Origin: Lytechinus pictus
Taxonomy: Eukaryota
Length of the DNA: 64,000 nt
Direction: 5' to 3'
NCBI RefSeq assembly: GCF_037042905.1
Contig: NC_087252.1
Coordinates: forward strand, 868,001 to 932,000
A model generated the notes under the pieces. That model saw nothing but the letters and a program-made list of their open reading frames with translations, did no database searches and was not told where the DNA came from. Below are positions 33,778-46,414 of the stretch, piece after piece. The position numbers and the translations under genes are program-made. How positions within the stretch are numbered: the first letter of the stretch is position 1; the number at the start of each line of letters is the position of its first letter.

Positions 33778-34918
33778 CGGGTATCATCAAAAACTTATCG
33801 ACCGTTTAGGATTTTGAAATTTTAAGATAATTTTGCAAGTATAAGTTCCTATTCCATAAAACTATCATGTAATGTTTATTATGTATAGGCAAATGAACAA
33901 ATGTGATTGTGGGTCACTGAGCAAAGGTCAAAGGTAATGTCAAGCCAGCGAACAAGGGATTTTAGTTTCAAATAAATGTTTGTTTTTTCCTCACTTTTTG
34001 AAATATTATTCACCTTTAATTTGTTTTGAAAATCAGCACTGCTGCTTTTATTGGATTGTATTAAATACTGCAGGCGAGACTGCCAAAGGCATTCTTCTTG
34101 TCTCTCTCTCTCTCTTTTACGCTCTCTTGATTCATTTCTTGCTCTTTGTTGTTTCTTGTTTAATATGGCCTCCTCATTAATATCACTGTATACATTCTTC
34201 TTTGATAATGAATGCTTTTTCTCTATTTCTATTTCTGAATCATTACAAAATATATGAATCTTTACAAAGAATAGTGCAGGTCTGAGCATACATGTAGTAC
34301 CTTTCGCAAGCTCATCTAAAAATGATTAGGTTTGGTGAAATTATTAATGATAATAAATGTGATTTGTAATGCGCCAAATCCACTCTGCAGAGTGCCCAAT
34401 GCGCAGTGAAAGAAAGAAAGAAAGAGAGAGAAAAGTAAAAATACAATGATAAATTAAGGAACAATTAAGAAGCATCGTAACATTTATTGAGATTGTCATA
34501 GGAAAAACCCAGCAAAATTAAGGTAAGATTCATTAAAAGGACATCGAACCAGCACCCCACCGGCTCCACCTAAAGTCCTCATAACACACAGCTGATGAGA
34601 GATGATACACAGTGTTTGTCTGTTCCCCCTTTAGATGGATAGGGTGGGTAGATGTATTAATTGGCTTTAGATTTGAAGGATATACCTTTATTTCCCAAAG
34701 TAGTTGCCAAGTCATGACGAGGGCAATATGGGTCAACTGAAGGTACTAAATATATTTGTGATATCTCCTGAAAATTAACACCAGTGAATATACCAGTCGA
34801 AACGCCCTCAGCTGGCCGTGATCCAAAGGTGTGTTTAATAAAGTCTTAATGCTTTCAAGATTTGTATAATTTGTAATTCAATTCAATAATAATTCAGTTG
34901 TTATTTTAGATGCTCCTG

Positions 34919-35026
34919 AGCCCTGTTGCCATGGTAATAATGCTAATCAGCCAATCAGAATAAAGGATTTCAGGGCAGTTACCATTGGATAGTTTACTAT
35001 GATAGTAACTTTTATGCAACAGGGCC
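34919..35026. mobile_element. Short Harbinger-like MITE inserted in a ghost exon copy
   Basis: AGCCCTGTTGC ... GCAACAGGGCC, TSD CTG/CTG. Confidence 0.7.
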
Positions 35027-35118
35027 CTGGTAATGTCAATGTCAACAACGTAACAAAATTTAGAAGACTTATCTTGATTATTTATATGACATTATCAATA
35101 ACGAAATTATTGTTCTAG

Positions 35119-35363
35119 ATGCTCCTGGTCTTGTTGATGTCGACAGCGTAACAGCGCTCCAGAAGACCTACCTGGACTGTCTGCAAAAGTACATTGCCAC
35201 TGCCTTCCCGAACCAGCCCAAGCGATACGGTAAGATCCTGATGAGACTGCCGACCCTGCGGAAGGTTAGTGCGAAGGCAATGGAACAGTTTATGGGTCTG
35301 AAGCTTGCCGGGAAGATCCAGGTCCCGGGTCTAGTGGAAGAGATGATGAACTGTACCATCTAA
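35119..35363 (+). CDS. Nuclear receptor coding exon 5 (LBD helices 9-12, AF-2, stop); missed by the ORF track
   Basis: Acceptor TTGTTCTAG|; reads DAPGLVDVDSVTALQKTYLDCLQKYIATAFPNQPKRYGKILMRLPTLRKVSAKAMEQFMGLKLAGKIQVPGLVEEMMNCTI*; the five exons total 1344 nt = 447 aa plus stop. Confidence 0.92.
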
Positions 35364-35875
35364 TTGGTCTACATTCGCTTGGTCTATTTTCCGTTTGGTC
35401 TCATCCTACATGTACATGATCTACATGTGATTCATCTACATGTATATTCCGTTCGGTCTAATCTAGGCTGAAAAATCTACTGTGTCAGATGCGTTTTTTA
35501 AACATTTTCTTATTTTTCTCAGTCCTCCTCCTATACAGATGGAAGACTCCCATAATTGCGGTTCGCGCAATGCTCAACTACAGCATCTTTGGGGAAAATG
35601 GTGCGCCCTCTCACCCTCTGTGATTTCTCCTTAAATCCCACTTCTAATGGGAGAAAAAAAGTGCTGGAATGAAAATTACCTTTTTATGAAGACAATCAGC
35701 TTACCAGTTTCTCACAATATGCAATGTCAGTTCCAAAATTTCGATTCCAAGCAGACAGGGTCAAGTTAGTAATGCAACTATAACATACCAACGCACCTGC
35801 CGATCACGCTCATGTTACCATCATTGCATGATTTCTACTACCACCACTGCAATGTGTATGGGAAACTATGGTCTG

Positions 35876-36118
35876 TAATAATGAATAAATAATATGTCCA
35901 TTTATATAGCGCAGTTACTATGTGCATACACTCAACTGCGCTCTGATACTTGGTATCATATTATTACCCAGGCTGTATTTACGTGTAAGCCGCCATATTA
36001 ATAGGCGCTAAAACCGTTCAAGGAATAAATCCTACCGGGTCCCATTCACCTCACCTGGGTCGAGTGCAGCACAATGTGGGTAATTTCTTGCCGAAAGGAA
36101 ATTACACCATGGTTGGGA
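35876..36118 (-). mobile_element. tRNA-derived SINE, 5'-truncated
   Basis: CCCATTCACCTCACCTGGG core and ATTTATATAGCGC tail shared with the copies at 36235 and 63213. Confidence 0.75.
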
Positions 36119-36234
36119 TGGAGGGAGGGGATGCTGTAAAACCAGATGAAACCTCAGCGGAGCATATCCTGATCGAAATGGGTCTAATCCTACATCATCA
36201 GTCCGTTTGGTCCCAGCTTACATGGTTCAATCCT

Positions 36235-36517
36235 AATAATAATAAAAATATGTCCATTTATATAAAGCGCAGTTATACTCAACTTTGCATTGATATTTGG
36301 TATCACATTACTACCCTGGCCATAGCTGAGCCGCCATATGGGCGCTAAAGCGTTAAGGAAGAAATCTTACCAGGTACCCATTCACCTCACCTGGGTCAAG
36401 TGCAGGACAATGTGGGGAAATTTCTTGTTGAAGGAAGGAAAATACGCCATGGCTGGGATTCGAACCCACGTCCCTCTGAATTAAAGACGATAGTCGTAGA
36501 CAGACCACGATACCTCC
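36235..36517 (-). mobile_element. tRNA-derived SINE
   Basis: B box on the minus strand (plus reads GGGATTCGAACCC), GGTACCCATTCACCTCACCTGGG core, (TTA)n tail. Confidence 0.8.
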
Positions 36518-36697
36518 TTCATCAGTTCATTGCTTCTCATCTCTCATGGTATAATCCCTATTCATCTACAACCAATTCTTTACATTGTTCTATCCATTTG
36601 TTCTTATTTCCATTTAGCACACTTACTATTTTTTCTCATTCTCAGTTTCGGCTAAATACCTGTCTGATCTAATATCCACCTAGTCTAACACCATTTG

Positions 36698-36958
36698 CAG
36701 GTGCTTTGGCTCAGTGGATCAGTCTCTAGACCTTGAACCACAAGGTCCGGGGTTCAAATCCCACCACAGCACTTGCGTCCTTTAGCAAGGTGTTTATCTA
36801 CATTTGCCACTCTCCACCCAGGTGTAGTAAAATGGGTACCCGGAAGGGAGGAATTCCTTAAATGCTTGATGCGCCCAATAGGGTAGCCAAGCTAAGACTG
36901 GGGTAAGAGTATGCAGCGCTTAGAAACATTGTAATAAGCGCTATACTGTATAAATGTT
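36698..36958 (+). mobile_element. tRNA-derived SINE
   Basis: A box TGGCTCAGTGG, B box GGTTCAAATCC, AAATGGGTACC core, GCAGCGCTTAGA..AAGCGCTATA tail. Confidence 0.8.
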
Positions 36959-37810
36959 GCAAGTCCGTATTGTTAGATGAACTGTTTATGAACCACATTC
37001 TTATTCAACATAGTGCAAATAGTAGAAAGAGGGGATAATAGACTCTTGGCATTAAAGACTAAAATGAGGATTAGACTGAAAGTGGGTATGGGACCAAGAG
37101 TAGTTATTTTCCTGACTTTAGATTCCTTTTAACTGCCACTTTATTTTCAGCATTTGTGTTCATCTTCATACCTTTTCTTTAAGAAAAATCACAAAAACTG
37201 TCCATTTAAAATTTTTAATGCTGCCATATACTGTAACAGGCAAAAGCTGGAAATATTCTCAGAATCCAACTCGTGCGTTCTTGCCAATTTGAAGGTGAAC
37301 TCAAAAACACAGATTCTATACTTAGACTTTAATAGCCGAGCATTGTAATAAAACAAACTAGTTAGCGATTTTCACAGACAACCGGTACTTTGTGCTGAGT
37401 CAACCTGAGGCAACAATTTTAGTAGCTTATAACAAACTTTGCCAAAGGTCTGAATTGATCTCCTGTTATTCCTTAAAATTGATGAGAATGATCAAGTGTT
37501 GGCCCTTTTCCGGGCAGTTGGTGTGTGTGGGGGGGAGGGGGGGTTTACTGCCACTACCGGGGAGTGGATAGCATGCGCAAGAAGAAAACATGGAAAATGT
37601 TATGTTCGCGCAGGTAGGCACGGAATGTGAGGAGAATGTTAAGAACGCCCCAAATGGCCCGAATTCACAAAGTTGGTTTTGAGTAAAAATAGGCTGTGCA
37701 AATCAAGGACATCTGCGCAAAATCTGCTTTAGGGGTGTCCTAGTGGCCTGCCCTTGAATCCTTGTTTAGAGTATTTGTTTCAGGATACTGCCCACTCTTC
37801 AAACCTCCTA

Positions 37811-38025
37811 CACTGCATAAACACTGGTGTTAATTTTACACCTGCCTGGTATCTAATCTATATTGGAAAACACCAGAGAGGCATTGACACAACATCAGAT
37901 TGGTGTTAGGCTTACACCAATTAGTGTTAAACTAATTCTAAAGTGGTGTTGTTTCAACACTTCTTTGGTGTTTTCTGATATAGATACCAGGCTGGTGTTA
38001 AATTAACACCGGTGCTTTTGCAGTG
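37811..38025. mobile_element. CAC-terminus palindromic MITE
   Basis: TA|CACTGCATAAACACTGGTGTTAATTT ... AAATTAACACCGGTGCTTTTGCAGTG|TA. Confidence 0.75.
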
Positions 38026-39248
38026 TAGGGCCCTTTTACACGTTTTAATTGTCATAATCATTTTCATCAAGTTTGTTGAAACAAATACGTAAAAAATATA
38101 CTAAAAGTTACACCGCTGAGCTCATTATTGTAATCGTCTTTTTCTCAATTAAATATTGTGACAATGATTATACAGGGTTGTATATTTTTTTATCATGAAA
38201 TGATATGGAATTGCTTTTTCCCGGTCTACATGTTATTTGACTTAATTGCGGTTTTGATAATATTTTGAGTGTGTGTGTAGTTCTCTTGTACGTACATGTA
38301 TGTCAGAATTGATGTATATTGAATTGATTTGCTCTATGGTAATGATGTGTAAATGGCATTTCAAAAGAAGTTTTTTACATATACAGTATCCAACTTGTAT
38401 TTTCAGATGTACTTCTATATCTGCGATGATTTGAATATTTGTGATAAGATACATGTATTTTTTTGCGCAAAAATTTATACAGTAATTCTATTAAGAACTC
38501 TAATGAAGCTTGTAATTTCTTTTTTATTTGAACACTGGATTTTTGAATCTTTTTTTGCTTGGAGAAAATATTCCATTTTAGTTATGAGGAACATTTTTTT
38601 TATGATTTTAAACAAAGTTGCACTGTAGTTAGTTGTATATTTCTGTTTGATCTAAAAATTAAATATGTTTTCTTTTGTTTAAACCATTACTGTTCAAAAT
38701 CTATGGGAATCAAGTAATTTGCTGAAATGGATTGAAATAATTATTGAAGATTGAGTATCAAGGCCCCGCTGCTTTGCCATGCAATGGTAAATGCATGGAA
38801 TCCTTGATTTTGATTGGCTGTTCTTCAGCGTTACCATGGTAGTTACCATTGAATGGCAAAGTTACAATAATTGTAACTTTTATGCAGTGGGTCCCTGAAG
38901 CAAAACCACTTTACTTTGTATAATGAGCATGACCGTCCAATGCTTCATAAGCGTAGCATCACAGTGATTTTATTTCCATGATTTTTTATTTAAGAAATAA
39001 TTCAAATCGGCAAGTCTATTGTTACATTATGTATGTGTGTGAATGAGACTGAAGTGGGAATCCCACTAGAGTCTATTACACTGTTATTAAGCACTTATCT
39101 CACCATGTAAAGCAACATATGAATACAAATATAGCATATTTTGGAATTGCCAACTTTTCTGACAACGTGTTACATAGTCTTATATAGATATTTGTTTGCG
39201 ATATCAAACTCTATTTGCAAACTGCTTCAAAACGGAAATAAATATATA

Positions 39249-39761
39249 CAGTGTGTCCCACAAAAAAGGAAACAAATTTTCAGAGAAAGATTTCACAAAA
39301 TATGTTTTTACTATAAATTTGATACTCATGGCAAGAGTGGAATCTCATCTCTAATTTGAAACCAAGAGCTTAGCAAATTGTTCTCGCATGGCAGATTACA
39401 ACTATAAATATAGAGACATATCAGACACATTTTGAGCAGAAACTCACATGTGAATCTAAATCCACTCTCATTTTAAGGATCAGTGAGGGAAACTTAACAA
39501 AGAATACAAAAAAAAACGCGAATGAGCCAAGCACGGTCATCGTATCACGAACCAATCTTGTCCAATTTTCTGCGCAACCTGATATTGACATTAAAATTTC
39601 AAACCCGTCTTTCTCATTAATGCATGAAATGTTTGTCTCATATTTGGTATCAAATTAAGAGGAATAATTTAATCATATGATTATGTAAATAAAATATAAT
39701 TTATTTGCATTTGAAGAAAAAAGACATGGGAGTCCGGGTTTCCTTTTTCTGGGATGCACTG
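39249..39761. mobile_element. Tc1/mariner-like MITE
   Basis: TA|CAGTGTGTCCCACAAAAAAGGAAAC ... GTTTCCTTTTTCTGGGATGCACTG|TA. Confidence 0.75.
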
Positions 39762-40164
39762 TATATTATGTTCAAAAATTTTCAATGCACTATTTGTATA
39801 ATTTATGGGTCGATTTATACATTAGCCATGTGGTGATTTGTTTGCTTTCAGTGGCAAAAGTGATATTTTGTCATGTTGTCACATGTGTATACTGTATTGT
39901 AAGCTTGCAACACTGTCAACTATTTTGTGATGTACATGCACTTGATTATGTTTACAGCATAAAATTTAGGCCATTTATCACAGTACTTCATTAAAATCTA
40001 TAAAATTTTGAACGAAAAATAGAGATGCTACTTTCACAAAGGAACAACAAAAGCAAAACAAGGTTGAAATGTAATTCTTAGAGATTATTGAGGTACCTGT
40101 ATTATATCATAATCTGTGGACAGATTTGGTACATTATATCTAGAGGTCCATGTTTCAACGTAAT

Positions 40165-40500
40165 TCTTGATATCATTATCATTGTTAATATTTTATTCTT
40201 CTTGTTATCGTAACAATAATAACAAAACAACGCAGTTTAACTTTAAATTTTTGTTATTATTATTATCATTATTGCAAATTTTTTATCATTATTGTTATGA
40301 TAACATAATAGCAAGGCAGTTTACATTGTTATTATTATTATTGTTATTAATATTACTATTATTATGATTGTTATTATTCTCATTATTATTGTTGGAATTA
40401 TCATTATTATTATCATTCTTATTATTATTATTTTTATTATTATTTTTTTTATTAATATTATTACTATTATTATTATTATTATCGTTACTATTATTATATT
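40165..40500. repeat. Degenerate (ATT)n microsatellite (similar tracts at 27525-27685 and 27965-28040)
   Basis: Directly visible. Confidence 0.9.
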
Positions 40501-41145
40501 CTTACATTGTTATGAATAATGATGATAAAAATGAATTTGTATAGTGCTTCTATGAAACAATTTATTAATTTCCATGACAGAACAGATACCTCTTAAATTA
40601 AGATCTGAATATATTATCATTATCATTTTTATTTCATATTCTTGTTATAATGATCAAGCGACGTATATATTCTCTTTGTTTCTATGTGTATTCATACAAG
40701 CAAATCAATGTAGTATTTCACATGTTTAAACACTGAAATTATGTGATCTCAAATGAGTTGGAGTGGGTTCTCCAATATAATTCATTTACAACTTACGATT
40801 ACTCAAATATTTTGCATTGGAGTGGTACCAGTTGGATGTTTCATGAAGCTATTTGTAAAATACGACTGAATCTACGCAAGACTGGTGATCCTTTCATGGA
40901 CTGAATGACTTATTGCTATGTAGCTGACTTGGCACATAAAAACATGTTCCAGTTGTGCGTAAGTCATTTGTAACTTTACAAACAGCAACGGATCAATCTG
41001 ACCATTACCCTGCCTGAATAAGAGCTGTGAAGAAATTTGATGCAAAATAAAATTGTTATCAATCTTGAATTCCTATCCCTAATGTCTAAACTACACAATT
41101 CGACTTTGATTCAAATCTCACATCTGCTTGTGATACGAGGCCCAG

Positions 41146-41421
41146 TGCCCCATCTTACAAAGAGTTGTGATTGATCCGATCCGATCGACCACAACTATGG
41201 ACGGCCAGCAACGTCAACTTCTAAAGTGCAAATTTGTTCAAAATATTTCCTAGATATGATGTATATTCATACATTCATCATTCTCTTGAAGATTCAGTGT
41301 GATTCTCTTTGTTTAGCTAAGGAGATTGAGCAAATTTCTTTTAGAATGAATTATGGTATGGATTGATTTCCATACGGTTGAGATTGATTGGATCAATGGT
41401 AACTCTTTGTAAGTCAGGGCC
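41146..41421. mobile_element. Harbinger-like MITE (CWG target)
   Basis: TGCCCCATCTTACAAAGAG ... CTCTTTGTAAGTCAGGGCC, TSD CAG/CAG. Confidence 0.7.
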
Positions 41422-41754
41422 CAGATTACTCTGGATAGTTAATCGTGGCAAGCCCCTCCCATCCAATGAATGCTTAGAATGTACTGTCACCACCACTTAG
41501 TAAATTCTTGATCAAATACTTATAACCATGTTTCCTGTGATCATCATCAAATATTTTGAAATAAAAAACAAGTGCAATTTAAATTCATATAAGAAGAGCT
41601 GTCTTTATGTTGTGTAAATGTGACATTGTATTATGTGGAAGAGGTTCTATTCCTGGTAAATAAATGCTTTTGACGGAATATTCTGTGATATTCTGTGGGA
41701 AACGATAAAAGTCATGACTTCCGTCTTCATTTCTTATGGATACAATGGTGTAGA

Positions 41755-41995
41755 TAAAGAGATAAAGAAAGAGAGAAGAAGGGGGAGAAGAAGGCAAAGA
41801 AGAAGAAGAAGAAAAAAAAAGAAGAGGAAGGAGAAGAAGAAGGAGAATGAGAAGAAGAAAAAGAAGAAGAGGAAGAACTAGAAGAAGGATCGAGGAAGAG
41901 GAGAAGAAGGAATAGAAGAGGGGGAGGAGAAGCTGAAGAACGGATGAAAGGGGGAGAAAGAAGAACAAAAGAAAAAGGGGCAAAAGGAAAGAGGA
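41755..41995. repeat. (GAA/GGA)n purine-rich low-complexity tract
   Basis: Directly visible. Confidence 0.9.
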
Positions 41996-42002
41996 ACTGG
42001 GA

Positions 42003-44675
42003 CGGGGGGGGGGGCAGTCAAATGTATTGCTGTACACATGCGTGACCAAATTATTTCCAAACACCCCCTAAATGAGTTTTTTCTCTGTGTGCAAAATAAC
42101 CCCCTACACAAGTTTTTGCGGGCTTTATTTACACATTTTGGCCCCTAAACAAGTTGTCGCCAGAATATGACTCCGGGGAAAAAGCTTTGGGGGAAAATAT
42201 ACCCTAAACACGTTTGGCTAGTCTTAAAAAAAAAGTAAAAAAAAAAACATACCTTAAATACGTTTGACCCCGCGATTGGCAATTGACCAGTCTTTCAAAA
42301 CCACCCCTTTTCTTGAAAATTTGTGTTTTTGATATCCTAAACGAGTGCACGCGCGGCCCTCGTCCAAAATTGAAAAAAAAAAACACCCCTTTAACAGCTG
42401 TAGGTATGAGCTGATTGTTCTCCTTATCTGCACTAACTTCAGATCCGATGTGTTATATTATGAAGCTAACTTAAACTGGAATTATTGCATGACCAATTTT
42501 TAAATTCCTCTACAATTTCAAAATACTTAACTCTGTAGTGCTGCAAAGTATGACGAATAGACCCCGAGTTTGAATAAAAATTAATGTAGAGTGGTTTGAA
42601 AATATTTTTCCTCATAATATAAAGCTTTTCGGCGCGTTTTAGGGGGTTTAGTAAGCACATTTGCTTTAATAAAAGTGCTGATAGTTTGAATACAAGCACA
42701 TGAACCCATATTTTTTAATGTTTTCACCTCTAAGTTATACCTTCCTCTACACCTTTGCAAAGATTGGTGAAAATGACGTGGGTTTTGAATAAAGTGCAGC
42801 ATTTCTTTTACTTCTATACCAACTTTCATATTCTTTGAGGTTGAGTTTTTGTTGTCTTTCGTGCAATCTCTGAGAATTGAGAATGCTGTTAAACTTAAAA
42901 GAGCAAATACCAAAATAAATAGATTATCCATCATAAGGATACTATTATTAATTATAATGCGAAAATTGATGAAATTTTCATGGATTTGACTGAGTAAGAG
43001 AGCTTTAAACTTTTTGTTGTGATCTCGTGAGGACTAAAAAATGCCAAAGTCTTTGGAATGCGCAATCTATTTGGGTGAACTTTGAAGCTATAGCAAAAAA
43101 TGAAGCACATAGACCCATGCTAATTTTTGCATATTTGGAATATTCAGGTGCTAAAGTATGTGCAAAGTATGATGAAAATGCAATGGATTTTTTATGTTTT
43201 AGAGCAAGACCACGGAACCATTCGCATTTTAGACGGTATTATCAAACTTTTGCTTGCATGTTTTCGGCGCATTTTTGGCTGTTTCAAGCCAACTCGCAAT
43301 ATTTTGGACACTGATAATTTAAGAACGAGCACATGGACCCTATATTTTCAATATTTTAACGTCTTCAGAATAAAGTTCCTTTACAAATCTAGAGAGTAAG
43401 ATGAAAATGACATGGATTTTGAATGTTTGGGAGCAGAACTACGTAACCATTCGTATTTTAGACATAATTATTAATTGGACGGTATATTAGACTAGTGCCG
43501 GTTTTGATAGGCGCATGTTACAAGCCATCTCGCAATATTTTGGACACTGATAATTTAGAAAAGAGCACATGGACCCTCATATTTTTATTATTTCAACGCC
43601 TTCAGAATATATTCCTTTATTCATCTGGAAATTACGATGAGAATTACATGGATTTCGAATGTTTGAGAGCAGAACTACGGAACCATTCGTATTTTAGACA
43701 TTATTTTTAGACGGTATTATAAAAATTTTGCTTGCATGTTTTCGGCGCATTTTGGGCTGTTTCAAGCCAACTCGCAATATTTTGGACACTGATAATTTAA
43801 GAACGAGCACATGGACCCTATATTTTCAATATTTTAACGTCTTCAGAATAAAGTTCCCCGACAAATCTAAAGAGTAAGATGAAAATGACATGGATTTTTA
43901 GTGTTTGGGAGCAGAACTACGTAAACCATTCGTATTTTAGACATAATTATTAATTGGACGGTGTATTAGACTAAAGTGCCGGTTTAAAAGGCGCATGTTT
44001 CAAGCCATCTCGCAATATTTTGGACACAAGATAATTAAAAAACGAGCACATGGACCCTATAGTTTTAACTTCCCTACATCTTCCATAATATACATTCCTC
44101 TATAATTTAGCCGAATTTGATGAAAATGACATGGATTTTGAAAAAAAGTGCAGCTTACAAAATAATTTTTTTAATTTTTGAGTAGATTCACGTCTTTGAA
44201 GATTTGTTTTTTCCGAGTTTATGCACCATTCTTGCCAAATGGGGGCGCTGTTGACTCCAAATAGATATATTTTTACCAATTAAAAGACTTTCTCTTACTT
44301 TGGTATACACTTTGTTGTATATCTTGAAAATTTGATTAAGTTTGATGCGGTATCCACTGAGTAAAGATGATTTAAACTCATTTGGTGAATTCGTGAGGTC
44401 TAAGAGAGGCATAATTCTCATGATTGCGCAACATTTCATATTATTCAAATACGGAGACTTTGAAGTCCCGTAGAAAATAAATAAGCACATGAACCTATAT
44501 TATTTTTTGCATTTTCATGATGCATAGATACCAAAGTTACTCTCTGCAAAATTTGGTGAAAATGACATGGACTTTTAATTCCTTTTAACTGTGGAACGTC
44601 CTTAAACGCGTTTTTTTTTTGGTCACGCATGTGTACAGCAATATATTTGACTGCCCCCCCCCCCCCCCTCCCCGG
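42003..44675. mobile_element. hAT-like non-autonomous element enclosing a tandem array
   Basis: TIR GGGGGCAGTCAAATGTATTGCTGTACACATGCGTGACCAAA versus TTTGGTCACGCATGTGTACAGCAATATATTTGACTGCCCCC; CCCTAAAC subterminal motifs as in the 8655 family; TSD not cleanly resolved. Confidence 0.7.
43070..44140. repeat. About 240-bp tandem array with alternating A/B units
   Basis: TCGCAATATTTTGGACAC recurs at about 43294, 43530, 43772 and 44010. Confidence 0.85.
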
Positions 44676-46414
44676 TAAGCTGGGGGCGGGGGATTTGGCA
44701 ATTTCTTTGAAAATGAAGTGGTGTCTTGCATTTCTGTTTTCTGCTTAGAAGCACAGAGGGCGCCCAACCAATATACACTAACAACGTTTCGAGACTACTT
44801 CTGAAGTTTCGATTCCACTTAATCTTTTTATTAACCGAAGTCACGCTTTGCCAAGTTATCGAAACCACTTTTATTTGATTATGTCAAAATGTCATAAAAA
44901 TAAATATTGCGTTAATGTTTCCTTGGTTACATGAGTTGCGGTTTCAAGAAAACCCCAGCAATAGAGAAAAAATTAAACAAAGATGGAGCATAACGCTGAA
45001 AATTTCATCAAAATGGGATGTATAACAGGAAAGTTACAGTATTTTAAAGTTTGACTTATTTTCCACCAAACAGTTATATGCACATCTCAATAAATGTTTC
45101 ACAGGAAAACGGGGAGAAAATTAAAATATTTCATATAACAGAATGAGTGAGTGACTGTCATTCGTCCCCTCGTTTGCTCACTGTGTTTTGTGAAATTAAG
45201 CAGAACTTACAAATGTCATTAAGCTTTTTTTTTTATCTTAACTGATCCAAATTTGGAAATTTGCAGTGGTATGCTCGTTGGATTTTTATAGTTTTATTAA
45301 AATCAACTTATTTGGAGGGTTAGGCCCTACTCTTCATTTGATAAGTTGATATATTTTTCTTCTCTCTTCCCCTTTCTATCGAGGCTCCCCCTCTCTCTTA
45401 ATTATCTTTCTTTCTTTCTTTCTTCCTTCTCGCCTTTCCTAATTGTTAGCACGAGAAAAGGTCGGATGACAGGGTGAATCGGGCTGTCTGGACCTGCTGC
45501 AGTGCGATTAGGCTGAAAAGTTATAAAAAATAAAGATATAAGAAGCCAAGCACCCCCCCCCCCAAAAAAAAAAAAAATCAGGAAAAAAAATATATTTTCA
45601 TCTTTTAATTATTTCATCATCCTTTATGGCTCTGGTTTATACGTTCTGTCCTTTTTTATTTTTAATACTTTCTCTAGTTTTGTTTTGGGTCTATAACTTT
45701 ATCATTTCAATCTATTGTTGATTTCTTATGAATTTATAACTTAACAAGAACATAAATATAATAAAAACAATGAAGATCTTTGTGTAGTATGCATGCCATA
45801 TTCTTGTCTTATTTAGTCTACATGTACAGACCCGTATAAGTATTTGATTGTGAAGGAGAATAATAAACAAGCTTTACATAGAATAGTTGGAAAATTTAAG
45901 GAGATTCAGAAGTATGAAATTTAGATAAACAAATTAATATGAAAATAAAGATATCATCATGTACATAAATATTACTTTGGTTTTGTATAGATGTTATATT
46001 GACTGGACTTTAAGACTATGCTATGAGTCATCTTGTCATCATATTCGGGGAACTCGTTGGATGAGCTTCACCAAGAGGCAAGAGAGAGACGCAGACGCTG
46101 CAATCTTCGTGGTAAGTTGACTGATTTAATTCCTTATGTTCATGTGAATGATGCATTTATCCATCATAAGGAGTGTAGTGATTTATTGAAATGTTTCTTA
46201 TTTGTGTAAAGTGAATGAATGATAGGGATCATGGTGATTAGTGATGCCGTGAATGACAGATTGGGAGAAAAGCACGAGAGCGGGAACGGGGGACTCAGAC
46301 ACCGGGGTTTGTCCGCTTGAACACTCGGGCCGAGAGCTGCTAGGCAAGGCCAAGGCGCGGCGGCCAGTGTTTCCATGGCATAACAATGAAATGGCCATGG
46401 TATGGCTACACAGC

